Origin: Candidatus Moraniibacteriota bacterium | GTDB taxonomy: Bacteria; Patescibacteriota; Minisyncoccia; Moranbacterales; UBA2206 | Length of the DNA stretch: 64,000 bases | Assembly (NCBI GenBank): GCA_049304095.1 | Contig: JBAQNU010000024.1 | Coordinates: 11,893-75,892, forward strand | Direction: 5' to 3' | In this document: positions 1-9,800 of the stretch, piece by piece | Position numbering within the stretch: position 1 is the first letter of the stretch | Layout of the letters: each line of letters opens with the position of its first letter | Notes under the pieces: generated by a model | Told to the model about the DNA's origin: nothing | The model's database searches: none | The model's input: the letters and a program-made list of their open reading frames with translations, nothing else | Program-made: the position numbers and the translations under genes

Positions 1-55
1 AAGGGTGAAAAGCTAACATATATTTGCTCCCTATATTTAAAGCAAAATCCAAAAA

Positions 56-655
56 ATGAATGAATCTAAGCCAAAATTGAAAACGGCAGGTTATAACTTC
101 AGCGAAGAAGGGTTGGATGCGGTCAAAAAGAACTTGGAAGTGCAAAGAAAGCACGGAGCATTTGAATTTTTCAGAACCAATGTTGCACCAGTTCCCAGTT
201 GCAATCAGTGTATATTTTCCAGTGAATGCGAGCAGTTTCAAAAAGACCAAAAGCATTGCAGGGCTATATTGGAACTCCAAGAAGAAATTTATGCGGAAAT
301 TATCGGCTTGGATTATATCCGTCCCATTGATAAATTCATCGTGGACAGATTCGTCAAAAACTTCTGCTTCCTCATAATCATTGAACGCTGGATAGCCAAC
401 GTGGGTCCGTTTCAAGCTGGTGAGCAAGGATTAGACGTTCAACCTATACTAGCCACAAAAACGCACTATGAGCGTCTGGTGCTAAAACAGGCGGATGCGT
501 TAGGCATAGGACCGCAGGCAAGAGCGAGACTAAACTTAACTAATGTGCAGTCATTTTGTTTTGCGGAGGCATTGCAAAAAGCTAGACCGATAAACAATCA
601 AACTGCACGAATAATTTCAGAAAACGATGAAGAAGACGACGAAGATAACAACTGA
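56..655 (+). CDS. Phage terminase small-subunit-like protein; paralog of the 26928..27467 protein
   Basis: Sits directly upstream of, and overlaps by 29 nt, the large-terminase gene. Shares the Cys motif CNQCIFSSECEQF with the 26928 paralog (CQSCIFSHECEHY). Confidence 0.45.
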   Translation: MNESKPKLKTAGYNFSEEGLDAVKKNLEVQRKHGAFEFFRTNVAPVPSCNQCIFSSECEQFQKDQKHCRAILELQEEIYAEIIGLDYIRPIDKFIVDRFVKNFCFLIIIERWIANVGPFQAGEQGLDVQPILATKTHYERLVLKQADALGIGPQARARLNLTNVQSFCFAEALQKARPINNQTARIISENDEEDDEDNN

Positions 656-2165
656 AAAGCTGATTGAGTATCAAAATGATATTTGTGTCTTCTTGGAAGA
701 GCAATATTTTTTGGATTCTGGGAAGCCAATAAAGTTGGAGCCGATTCAGCGTAAAATTTTGACCGAAGTATTTAATACAAAAAACAAAGACGGACTCAGA
801 AAATACAATGACGCTCTGATTGGGCAAATTAAAAAATCGGGAAAGAGTTCACTCGCATCAGGCGTAGCGTTATATATGCTCTTCTGTGACGAGATATTTG
901 ATGAGCCCAATAATGTATATTCAATTGCATTTTCTCAAGACCAAGCCTCAATCATCTGGGAGAAAACTAAAAAAGCCATAGAGCGGAATCCAATTCTTTT
1001 GGGTAGTGTCAAGATATACCGAGACAAGATTGTTGTTCCCAGCACAGGGAGCGTTTACAAAGTGCTGAGTGCGGAAAGTTTTTCGGCTCACGGACTTGAC
1101 CCTAGTTGCGTAATTGGAGACGAAATTTGGAATCAGAAAAATCGAGACTTACTGGATGCTTTGCAATTTTCACCGACCAGAAAACAACCGCTCCGTTTTA
1201 GCGTAACTTATGCGGGAACTTCCACTGCAACTCCACTTTTTGAGCTTTACGAAAAAGGACTGAACAAGGAAAATCCCAAAATGTATTTTCACTGGTCGCA
1301 TATTCCAGAAGTAAGTTGGATTAGCCCTGAGTTTATTGAAGAGCGAAGACGAGAACTGCCCCCAGCAGTATTTCAAAGATTTTGGGAAAACAAATGGAGT
1401 GCGGGAGCTAACTCATTTTTCACCAGAGAAGACGTGATGCAATGTCGAGATGAATTTATGAAGCCAAAATTCCAAGGAGAAGAAGGCGTGCAATATTTTT
1501 ACGGTTGTGACCTCGGACTAGTAAAAGACAAAACTGCCAGCGTCATTTTGCATCAAGACAAAACCACGGGGATGATTTATGTCGACAGCATCAAAACCTG
1601 GCAAGGCACTAAGACCGACCCAGTGAAGATTGCGGACATCGAAGAGGATATGCTTTTGGCTTCACAGAATTTTCCCAGACTAAAAATCATCGTTGACCCG
1701 TGGAACCTGAAAGGAACGATAGAACGGCTTAAACGACATTGTCGCATAGAAGAGTTTACTTTCACTGGTTCAAATGTGGAGAAGCTAAGTCGCAATTTAT
1801 ACTACTTCATTCACAACGGACTAATTAAATTTTTCCCACACAAAGAATTGGAAAAGGAGCTGTTATCCTTGAACCTTGAGCAGAAATCCTACGGCTATCG
1901 CTTCGACCACCCCAGTTCGCAATTCTCTGACCACGCAATGGCATTGTCGATGGCTCTAATGCAAGTGGCAAGTGTGCGAAAACCAACAGCAGGAATTTTA
2001 ATTTCGGAAAGCCCCACGCTAGAGGAATTTATGGAGCAACAAAAGAAAGCGGAGAAGTCAGAGGTGAAAGTAATGTCAGGAGTAAATAGAACAGAGCATA
2101 ATCAAAATAATTATCCGACCCTGAGTCAGTTGGAAGAGCTTAGGAGTCAGAAGTTAATCTTATGA
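627..2165 (+). CDS. Phage terminase large subunit (ATPase plus nuclease)
   Basis: P-loop KKSGKSSLASGVA, Walker B/DE motif VIGDEIWN and a C-terminal nuclease-like region (DHAMALSMAL). About 60% identical to the 27454..28992 paralog. Confidence 0.75.
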   Translation: MKKTTKITTEKLIEYQNDICVFLEEQYFLDSGKPIKLEPIQRKILTEVFNTKNKDGLRKYNDALIGQIKKSGKSSLASGVALYMLFCDEIFDEPNNVYSIAFSQDQASIIWEKTKKAIERNPILLGSVKIYRDKIVVPSTGSVYKVLSAESFSAHGLDPSCVIGDEIWNQKNRDLLDALQFSPTRKQPLRFSVTYAGTSTATPLFELYEKGLNKENPKMYFHWSHIPEVSWISPEFIEERRRELPPAVFQRFWENKWSAGANSFFTREDVMQCRDEFMKPKFQGEEGVQYFYGCDLGLVKDKTASVILHQDKTTGMIYVDSIKTWQGTKTDPVKIADIEEDMLLASQNFPRLKIIVDPWNLKGTIERLKRHCRIEEFTFTGSNVEKLSRNLYYFIHNGLIKFFPHKELEKELLSLNLEQKSYGYRFDHPSSQFSDHAMALSMALMQVASVRKPTAGILISESPTLEEFMEQQKKAEKSEVKVMSGVNRTEHNQNNYPTLSQLEELRSQKLIL

Positions 2166-2260
2166 GTAATAAAACACAAATAGTATTAGCTCAGACTTTT
2201 CTTTTAGTGGGAATGGCGTTGATTGCGTTAATGCTGTTTTTGATATCAAGGAGATGTTAG
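2162..2260 (+). CDS. Conserved 32-aa single-TM micro-protein translationally coupled to terL; missing from the ORF track
   Basis: ATGA start/stop overlap with the terL stop codon. Hydrophobic core LVGMALIALMLFLI. A positional homolog (MKTKTQ..., 34 aa) follows the second terL at 28989. Confidence 0.4.
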   Translation: MSNKTQIVLAQTFLLVGMALIALMLFLISRRC

Positions 2261-2334
2261 GCAAGGTCAGATAATACGTGTTTTGTATCCTTAGATTTTA
2301 GGAAAGAGTAATAAATAGTTAATTTAAAAAAGTT

Positions 2335-2787
2335 ATGAAAATAAATGTGCAATTTACGCAACCTGTTTCAGCGGAAAAGATGCGACACAACTTGAGACAT
2401 CTCAAAAAGAACATCGCAGTTCTGAGACATTACATTGCGGAAGTGACGGAAGATAAATTTTATCTCAAAGATGAAAAAGGCAATGCGGTGGCAGAATTAA
2501 ACTATTTTATCCTGGAAGAAAAGCAGGCGATTAGTTTTTCAGATTTTCGTGGGAAGCATCAGAGTGAAATTGAACAGATGCTTAGTTTTCGTTTTGCAGA
2601 AGAAGTGGGAGAAAAAGCGTTCATCCATAATTTGGAAAAAAAGACTAGGATATATTTCGACTTAGCGGAATATTTTCTGATAGAAAAAGGCAAGGTCTAT
2701 AAAATTGGCTTAGACTGCGACAAATTGATAGAAATTGAGAGCTACAGAGTGCCAAGAGTGCTGAAAATGGAAGAGGGCTTGACTTAA
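2335..2787 (+). CDS. Hypothetical protein; paralog of 29135..29629
   Basis: Conserved synteny between terL and the integrase in both modules. Shared motifs YLKDEKGN/YLIKDDEK and YRVPRV/YRLPIEV. Confidence 0.5.
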   Translation: MKINVQFTQPVSAEKMRHNLRHLKKNIAVLRHYIAEVTEDKFYLKDEKGNAVAELNYFILEEKQAISFSDFRGKHQSEIEQMLSFRFAEEVGEKAFIHNLEKKTRIYFDLAEYFLIEKGKVYKIGLDCDKLIEIESYRVPRVLKMEEGLT

Positions 2788-2835
2788 CACGCACGCAAGC
2801 TAATGTTGTGACTGTAAGGAGTAAATAGCCACAAT

Positions 2836-3687
2836 ATGGAATACATTAGCCAATTTGTAGAATACCTCAAGGAGAGAAATCTGAGCCCCAACACCATTAA
2901 GGTTTGCAATAATAATCTGGTAGAGTTTTGGAATTTTTTAGGAAGGAGAAAACGTTCAATTAGGAAAGTTGAGAGGAAGGAAATCAAAGCCTTCCTTTTT
3001 ACTTTATCGGAAAAAAATAATCAACCAATCACCAGGAGAGCCAAACTGATTACATTAAGAAGTTTTTACAAATATCTCGAAGATGAAAGTTTGATAAAAA
3101 ATAACCCCACTAAGAATTTGCCTCTGCCAAAAGTTGCCAGCAAGGAACCAGCATTTTTGCAGGAATGCGAGATTAGAAAAATATTGCAGACATTCAAAAA
3201 AGGCAAAGACCCCAGAGCAGAAGTGGCAATTAGGATTTTGGTTGAGACGGGGTTCCGCTTGGCAGAATTGACGAATCTCAGCGTGGGAGATATTGATACG
3301 AAACAAAAAACTGTCAGGGTTACACGAAAAGGCAACATTGAACAAATTGTGCCAATAAATTCTGGACTCGCTAGGCTGATTAAAAGTTTTGTGAAAGGCA
3401 AAAATACTCAAGCACCGATTATTGCCAACAGGGTCGGAGAAAGAATGACGCAACGCAGAGTAGCTATTATGGTGCAGGATTATCTCAAAAAAGCCAAAGT
3501 ACATAGAGCTGGAATTTCAGCACATAGCTTCAGGCATAGTTTTTGCGTGCGGATGCTTCAGAAAAAAGTGAATCTAAAAGCAATCCAGCTTTTGTGTGGG
3601 CACAGGTCAATTTCAACAACTGAGCGGTATTTGCATATAAATAGCTTAGAACTGAGAAAGGGGGTGGCAATGGCAGAAATAGTCTAG
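2836..3687 (+). CDS. Tyrosine recombinase/integrase (XerC/D-like)
   Basis: C-terminal catalytic signature HSFRHSF...LLGH...TERY (R-H-R-Y) and an N-terminal SAM-like core-binding region. Confidence 0.85.
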   Translation: MEYISQFVEYLKERNLSPNTIKVCNNNLVEFWNFLGRRKRSIRKVERKEIKAFLFTLSEKNNQPITRRAKLITLRSFYKYLEDESLIKNNPTKNLPLPKVASKEPAFLQECEIRKILQTFKKGKDPRAEVAIRILVETGFRLAELTNLSVGDIDTKQKTVRVTRKGNIEQIVPINSGLARLIKSFVKGKNTQAPIIANRVGERMTQRRVAIMVQDYLKKAKVHRAGISAHSFRHSFCVRMLQKKVNLKAIQLLCGHRSISTTERYLHINSLELRKGVAMAEIV

Positions 3688-3742
3688 TCGTTTGACCAAA
3701 GCTCTTTTAAAATTCAATAAAGAGAAAGCCGACAGAGTAAAA

Positions 3743-3961
3743 GGATGGAGAGCTAGGGATGGAGCGTGGAGTTGATTTTTAACAAGATATGAGTATATAA
3801 TAGAATCAACAATTCAGTGCCTAACCCTTGTGGGTAAAATCGCAAGGTATGGTATAAAAACCGTTCAAAGTATTAAGCTCTCCATCCAGAGCACTTTGAA
3901 CGGTCATATCTCGAAAGGGATATGGGTGACGCAAGTCATCGCTGGTGGGGAGCTTTGTGTT
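3743..3961 (+). ncRNA. Candidate structured RNA (copy A), conserved with copy B at 30584..30800
   Basis: Intergenic, with a 12-bp stem in which 3 bp are fully compensated between the copies (ccgTTCaaag/ctttGAAcgg versus ccgACTaaag/ctttAGTcgg). It also has a GAAA-capped 8-bp stem and a GCAA-capped stem that change compensatorily. The strand is assumed from gene context. Confidence 0.45.
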
Positions 3962-4016
3962 ATCTTACCAGCAAGAAATTGGTGGCTTTTTTAATTCACT
4001 AAAACCGACTAAAAAA

Positions 4017-5057
4017 ATGGAAACACAACAAAATGAAAAAACCAAGAAGTGTCCATATTGTGCAGAAGAAATTCGCACCGAGGCAATCAAATGTAAATAT
4101 TGCGGAAGTAGTTTGCTAAAGGAAAATATTTCACAACAAGAAACGCATATAACTAAAAAAACTGAGCCAATGGTGCGTCAAAGTTTTTGGACATTCTTGA
4201 GTGTCATCCTGGTATTATTGTTCCTTAGCCCAGCTATAATTATATTTTGGTATATCTCTGTGCCTCTAATTCTTTCTATTATAGCTTTTCTTATTACGAG
4301 GAAAACAAAACTAAATCGAAAAAACAAAATATTGATTGTAACTGCATCATTTATCATACCAGTCCTAATCGGAATACTTTATAACAATGCTTTAAATAGA
4401 AAGCCAGTCATTACCGTAAGTGAACCTCAAAATAACTCAACTGTTCAGGTATATAAGATTATTGTGAAAGGTAAAGTCGAACCAAAAGATGCTGAATTGA
4501 AAATAGATAATCACTTAGTTAGTACTGATGATGGAAAATTTTCTTACGAGATGCTGTTGCTGATGGAAAAAAATTCAATAACTATTGATGCTAAAAATGG
4601 CTCAAGTAATGAAAGCACTAAGTTGATTGTAAATAGAACTTTTACCGATGAAGAAAAAGTAGCGATTGAAAATAAAAGAAAAGAAGATGAATCAAGGAAG
4701 ATGGCAATTGCGGAGCAGGCAGAAAGGGATAGAGTTGTAAGCGAAGCACAAGCAGAAAAAGATAGGATAGCACAAGAAAAAATTCTTTTAGCAGAAGAAA
4801 TAGCCTATGAAAAAACTAAAGCTGGAAGAATTCACACAAAACACCTGGATTGGTCAAAGGAAGATTGCGAAAGATTGGCAAATAATAAAATCTGGATTGG
4901 GATGAGTTATGATATGCTCGTTGAATTATGGGGGAAGCCAAATTATGCCACTCCTTCAAATTATGGAAATGGAACAACTTGGCAATGGTGTTGGACATAT
5001 AATACACCTTCTTGTTTTTATGGTGATGCCGATGGAATAGTTGATAGCTATAATTAA
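4017..5057 (+). CDS. Zinc-ribbon (CPYC...KCKYC) membrane protein with a coiled-coil region
   Basis: Start moved to the Met at 4017 (METQQNEK), which aligns with METQNKK of the 30857 paralog. N-terminal CxxC-x9-CxxC, two or more TM helices, and a Glu/Ala/Lys-rich coiled coil. Confidence 0.55.
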   Translation: METQQNEKTKKCPYCAEEIRTEAIKCKYCGSSLLKENISQQETHITKKTEPMVRQSFWTFLSVILVLLFLSPAIIIFWYISVPLILSIIAFLITRKTKLNRKNKILIVTASFIIPVLIGILYNNALNRKPVITVSEPQNNSTVQVYKIIVKGKVEPKDAELKIDNHLVSTDDGKFSYEMLLLMEKNSITIDAKNGSSNESTKLIVNRTFTDEEKVAIENKRKEDESRKMAIAEQAERDRVVSEAQAEKDRIAQEKILLAEEIAYEKTKAGRIHTKHLDWSKEDCERLANNKIWIGMSYDMLVELWGKPNYATPSNYGNGTTWQWCWTYNTPSCFYGDADGIVDSYN

Positions 5058-5068
5058 AATTAAAACCT

Positions 5069-5413
5069 ATGAAAAAATGTCCCTATTGTGCGGAGGAAAT
5101 ACAAGACGATGCCATTAAATGCAGACACTGTAAGAGTGACTTGCAGACAGGCATTTCTCACAAGCAGAAACTTAAGGAAATAAAAGAAACCAGATGTACC
5201 TGTAATGCGTGTGGCAATACGTGGTTTTATGGCAAGCAAGAAGTTTTGGAAAGCACTGGTAATGTAATGAGCAACTGCGGAAAATCAATGATGTGCTGTG
5301 GTGGATGTTTCCCTGCACTACTAATCGCTGATAAGAAAGTGACAAATTTTGACAAGTGTCCCAAGTGTGGCTCTAAGGCAGTGAATAAGGAAAAAGTTAT
5401 CCATAATGTCTAA
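5069..5413 (+). CDS. Small multi-zinc-ribbon protein
   Basis: Same N-terminal [15 protein letters not shown] ribbon as 4017, plus three further CxxC pairs. Confidence 0.5.
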   Translation: MKKCPYCAEEIQDDAIKCRHCKSDLQTGISHKQKLKEIKETRCTCNACGNTWFYGKQEVLESTGNVMSNCGKSMMCCGGCFPALLIADKKVTNFDKCPKCGSKAVNKEKVIHNV

Positions 5414-5675
5414 TTTCTCTATTTTTCTCATAAAAAGGTATCAGGCAATCATATCTCCGATTTTGTATAAACTTGGTGTGCGATGTCGTTTTTATCCCCA
5501 TTGTTCAGACTATGCAATTTTGGCAATCAAGCAAGATGGCTGGTTTGGGGGAATAAAAAAGACCTTTTGCAGACTAAGGCGTTGCAATTCAAATAATTTA
5601 GAAAGCTGTATTGATTTTCCGTCTGTGCAGGAATGGAGAACTGAATATCCACGAAGGAATGACTGCTTTAAATAG
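5406..5675 (+). CDS. yidD: YidD-like membrane protein insertion efficiency factor
   Basis: YQAIISPIL...[34 protein letters not shown] matches the YidD/DUF37 signature (YQxxISP..CRFxPTCSxY...RCxP). Confidence 0.7.
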   Translation: MSNFSIFLIKRYQAIISPILYKLGVRCRFYPHCSDYAILAIKQDGWFGGIKKTFCRLRRCNSNNLESCIDFPSVQEWRTEYPRRNDCFK

Positions 5676-5828
5676 TTGGTACGAAATGGTTGGTGGAAAA
5701 GCCACAGAAAAAAAGCAAAAGGAAATTTACGATGACCTACTAAAATATTGCAAGCTGGATACATTGGCAATGGTGGAAATTTTGAAAGAGTTGAGAAACG
5801 TAATTAAGTAAATTTTAATTTTAAAAAA

Positions 5829-6680
5829 ATGACAAATCTAATTTGCACGCTTTGTGGATACTCGGGAGAGGTGCGTCAAAAGAATAAAGGGAATGGATTT
5901 ATTGAACTTATTCTCTGGTTCTTCTTCCTAGTCCCAGGTCTTATCTATTCAATTTGGAGGCGGGCTGATAAAAAAAGTATTTGCCCTAAATGTAAAGGAA
6001 CTGTAATGATTCCAATAGACACACCCAAAGGACAAAAACTGGCTAGCGAGTATATAAATAATCCAAATATAAGCAACATATCGTTGCCAGAGAAAAAATC
6101 AAACAGTGTGAGAAATGTCCTGATGGGGGTAGTAGTAGGCACGCTTCTTATGTTGGCTTTAGCTATCTCAATCTCTATGGATGACGCAAGTAAGAACAAT
6201 AGCAACAACACCCAAAATATTGCAAAACAAAATGAACCAGTCATTCAAAATAATTTACCCACCGAACCACAGGCAAGGATTGAAGCTATTATAAAAAGTG
6301 TTGGAAATTATGAAGTTACGCTGTATGATTCAAAAGAAAATCTTGCTACAGCTAAGACTTTGCCACCTTACGAGGTAATCGTTAACGCTGGAAACGGAAA
6401 AATATCTGAGTGTAAATACGCAAAGAATGTGGTGTTTGATATTATGAAAAAGCTTTATACTGATTCAACAGTAAAAGATAAAATTTCACGAGTAAGATTT
6501 ACTTCGTGGGGTCATTTGAGTGTTAGTGTCGGAGGAGAAGATGGAGCAAAGACAGATTGGAACTCTTCTGGACCGACCAATTTCTGGGTAGTAATTATGA
6601 AATATAAGCCATACGAAGACGAAACTGGGAAATTGAATCAGCGGACGTGGGGCAAGGAAATAGCTAATAATTGTGACTAA
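5829..6680 (+). CDS. Zinc-ribbon membrane protein (CTLCGY...CPKCKG), hypothetical
   Basis: Two CxxC pairs flank a TM helix; a second TM and a C-terminal soluble domain follow. Confidence 0.5.
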   Translation: MTNLICTLCGYSGEVRQKNKGNGFIELILWFFFLVPGLIYSIWRRADKKSICPKCKGTVMIPIDTPKGQKLASEYINNPNISNISLPEKKSNSVRNVLMGVVVGTLLMLALAISISMDDASKNNSNNTQNIAKQNEPVIQNNLPTEPQARIEAIIKSVGNYEVTLYDSKENLATAKTLPPYEVIVNAGNGKISECKYAKNVVFDIMKKLYTDSTVKDKISRVRFTSWGHLSVSVGGEDGAKTDWNSSGPTNFWVVIMKYKPYEDETGKLNQRTWGKEIANNCD

Positions 6681-6688
6681 TGAAAAAG

Positions 6689-6715
6689 CCAGAGCCTGAA
6701 AACTCTGGTTTTGTT
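6689..6715 (+). terminator. Rho-independent terminator
   Basis: CCAGAG/CTCTGG stem followed by TTTTGTT. Confidence 0.55.
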
Positions 6716-6845
6716 ATAGGCTGGCATTAGTTAACCAAACCAAAGGAAAAAACGCACACAAGCTAAAATTTAGCTAAATTGGGGCTATTTTCTTTACTTT
6801 ATAGCTAATTGGGGGTAATATAAAAAATATAAAATAGATTATAAA

Positions 6846-9800
6846 ATGAAAGATACAATGAATCAAAACCTTGCCAATTTCATAAAATACTGCTTGGGGT
6901 ATATAAATATAACTCGCCAAAAAGGATTCTTTTCTCAGCAGAAAAGTTCCATAGAAATATCGGAAAATATTTTGAATTTGGAGGGGTTGTTAAATGGCGA
7001 GCTTGATGAAAAAACAGAAGAGCTTATTAACCTAGAAACTTTTTATAGTTATGACCCAAAAAAAGTTCCAGAAGAACTCAAAGAGGAATACCAGAAACAA
7101 AAAGAGTTAGCTAATAAAATTGAGGATATTTATAATAAACACAGGAATGACCAATATCGAAAACAGATTATTTTGCATTTCGGACATTTTGAAATAGAAA
7201 TTCCTCAGATAGAAGAAGAAAACGGCGATGTGACAGAGAGTGTGGAATTGAGCGAAGAAAAAGCTGGCAAGCAGGCCAAGTTATTCGAAGGAAAAGAATT
7301 TGAGAACGAAAAAGAGGACAATGAAGTAAATATAAAAAAAGAAAGTTACCCTTTATTTAGTTTGCCAATTCGTATTGAGAAAGATTGTGGCAAGTATTTT
7401 ATGTACACTGTTGACCCAGAAATTCAGGTCAATATTGGTTCACTGGAAGGTGTGTTAGGAGAAGAATTATATTTTCAACTTTTGGAGAAAATTAGTAAGT
7501 ATGAGATAGATGATAGATTCACAATACCAATAAATGATTTAGCAATTCTTCAAGAAGTTTGGCACGAAGTAAAAAATCAGTTGAAGCTAAAGGATGTGGT
7601 CTTTGAAGAAGAGTCGTTTAGTTTAGAAGAAATGAAATTAACCCTGGGGCTCAAGGCAAACTATTTTTTATCGGAAGATTTGCGAAAGCTATCAGAACTT
7701 TCAGGAGATTTGGAAAAATCATCTCTCATAAGCTGGGTAAATAATGATGGGCTAAACGAAGAGACTAAGACTATAAAGAAAACAGAACTGTATTTTCCTT
7801 TTGCTTATGATAAGCATCAAGTTAGAATTTTATCACTTCTTAAAAATAAGGCTTTTATAGTCGAGGGTCCTCCTGGTACAGGAAAATCCCAAACAATTTC
7901 CAATTTGCTGTGCCATTTAGCAGCCTCAGGAAAAAAAGTACTTTTTGTTAGCCAGAAAGCTCAAGCCTTAAAGGTAGTAAAAGATAAGCTCAAGACTTTG
8001 GGGGTGGATTATTTATTTGGTTATCTGCCTAATCCAGCATCGGCTCAACTTAATGAAATAGATGAGCTGGATGGTATTGCTCCTCAGCTCTCCGCAATGA
8101 ATCAGCATATCGAAAAAATACTTCACGGCTCACAAAGAAGTAACGCCAATAAAAGCTCCGAATTATCTGAGGCGGTAGAAAAAACTTACCAGCTAGTCAA
8201 TGACTTAAATTTGGCTGTAGAAACACAACGAAAAGCATATGCTCTTTATACAGAACTTGAAAAACTCAAGGAATTTGAGATGAGCATCACTGAATTTGAT
8301 GTTTTTTGTCAGTGTTTTTCACGAGAATATTGGAGGGGTATAAAAGACTTGAAGGGGAAAATGGAAGAGCTTAGTCATTTTTTAGAAAAATATGGAAATT
8401 CTAAAGAAAAGAGACAATTGGACAAGGTATTTTCTAAATTGGATTTTAATGGAACTAAGTACTTTGGCTTTATAGACACAATTTTGGGGGATGTGGAAAA
8501 AACTTGTTATGACAAACATTCGAAGTTTTTTAGAAATATAAATAACACAAAAAGAAATTTTAGATTAAAAACAGTTCGCAATAGTCTCCCAATGGAAATA
8601 ATAGATGTTGTGGACGAGCTTTTATTAGAAGACTTATCTAAAAATGAAAAGGTTAAATTTTTAAAAATGCTTTCTGGCTATTGTCAATTCTTTGAAGTGA
8701 AAAGTGAACTGGAAGAGCACCGACTTCAGCTGGAGAAGTCTTTATGCGAATGCGGAGTCTCTCACGATGAATTCCAGATTATTGACAAAAAAATATTAGA
8801 AACGCCTTCTTGTGAGTTGGAGAAAATAAAAGATAAGATTGTTAGGGTGCAGGCGATAAAAGAAGAGTTGAAAAATCTTAAAGCTGGAAATCAAAATGTA
8901 ATTACTTCCCAACTTCACGACATTCGAAATGATGTTGGTCTTCGAGTCGCTCATTATCTCAAGAACATTCTCAACAAAAATATCATAGAAAAATGCAGTA
9001 CTAGTATTACGGTAAGACAAATAGTAAGACGCTTAGCAAGTGCCTTCAAAAAATCAAAGACTGCTTTTAAGACTTTTGATAAAATCAGGAAAGATGCGGA
9101 TAACTTCAACACCATCTTGGACCTCATACCGATTTGGATAATGGAACTCGATGACGCTAGTCGCATTGTTCCATTGGAAGCGGGGATTTTTGATTATGTG
9201 ATTCTAGATGAAGCATCACAGTGCAATGTTGCCTATACGCTTCCAGTAATGTTTAGAGCTAAACACGCTATTTTTGTTGGAGATAGTGAGCAGATGAGAG
9301 ATAATACAATAATGTTTAAATCCAATAGGACATTTGACGAACTGGCGAAGAGACATCAAATCCCAGATGAATTAAGAATAAAGAGTACAGGAACAACAGT
9401 ACAATCTGTTTTGGATATAGCGTATCTTAGGGGTTTTCAAAATAAAGCGTTGACTTATCACTATCGCTCTCCTAAGGAGCTAATCGGTTTTTGTAATAAG
9501 TATTTTTATATTCCCAAGGGTAAAGAATTGATATCATTAAACAGTCAATATTTAACTTACAAGGACACAAATAGGATAATGATTGCCCATTATATTGAAA
9601 ATGATTGGAGCGAAGAATTTTCTGATGCGGTTAATGTGGCAGAAGCCAAAGCCATTTTGAGTTTATTTAGGGAATTAAGGAGCGATGATAAGTATAAAAA
9701 TAAATCTATTGGTATTCTTTCATTTTTCAACGCACAGGCTACTTTTATTCGTGAATTGCTGGAAAAAGAGGGATTTAAGGAGGAGAAGAATGACTATGTT

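Larger units (their letters stand above)
56..5057 (+). mobile_element. Module A: terS-terL-microORF-hyp-int-structured RNA-zinc-ribbon membrane gene. A packaging/integration module that may extend leftwards beyond the window
   Basis: Gene content and paralogy with module B. Confidence 0.4.

Noticed and set aside
117-377. 86-aa ORF nested in another frame inside the terS-like gene
   Set aside because: It is fully contained in the conserved terS paralog, whose frame is supported by the second copy; the nested ORF has no such support.
3743-3961. Hammerhead or other known self-cleaving ribozyme in the conserved RNA
   Set aside because: There is no CUGAUGA...GAAA hammerhead core or other ribozyme consensus that I could recognise. 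I keep it as an unclassified structured RNA.
5611-5811. 66-aa ORF overlapping the end of yidD
   Set aside because: It could be a real small protein, but it overlaps yidD by 65 nt in another frame and has no supporting signals, so I left it uncalled.
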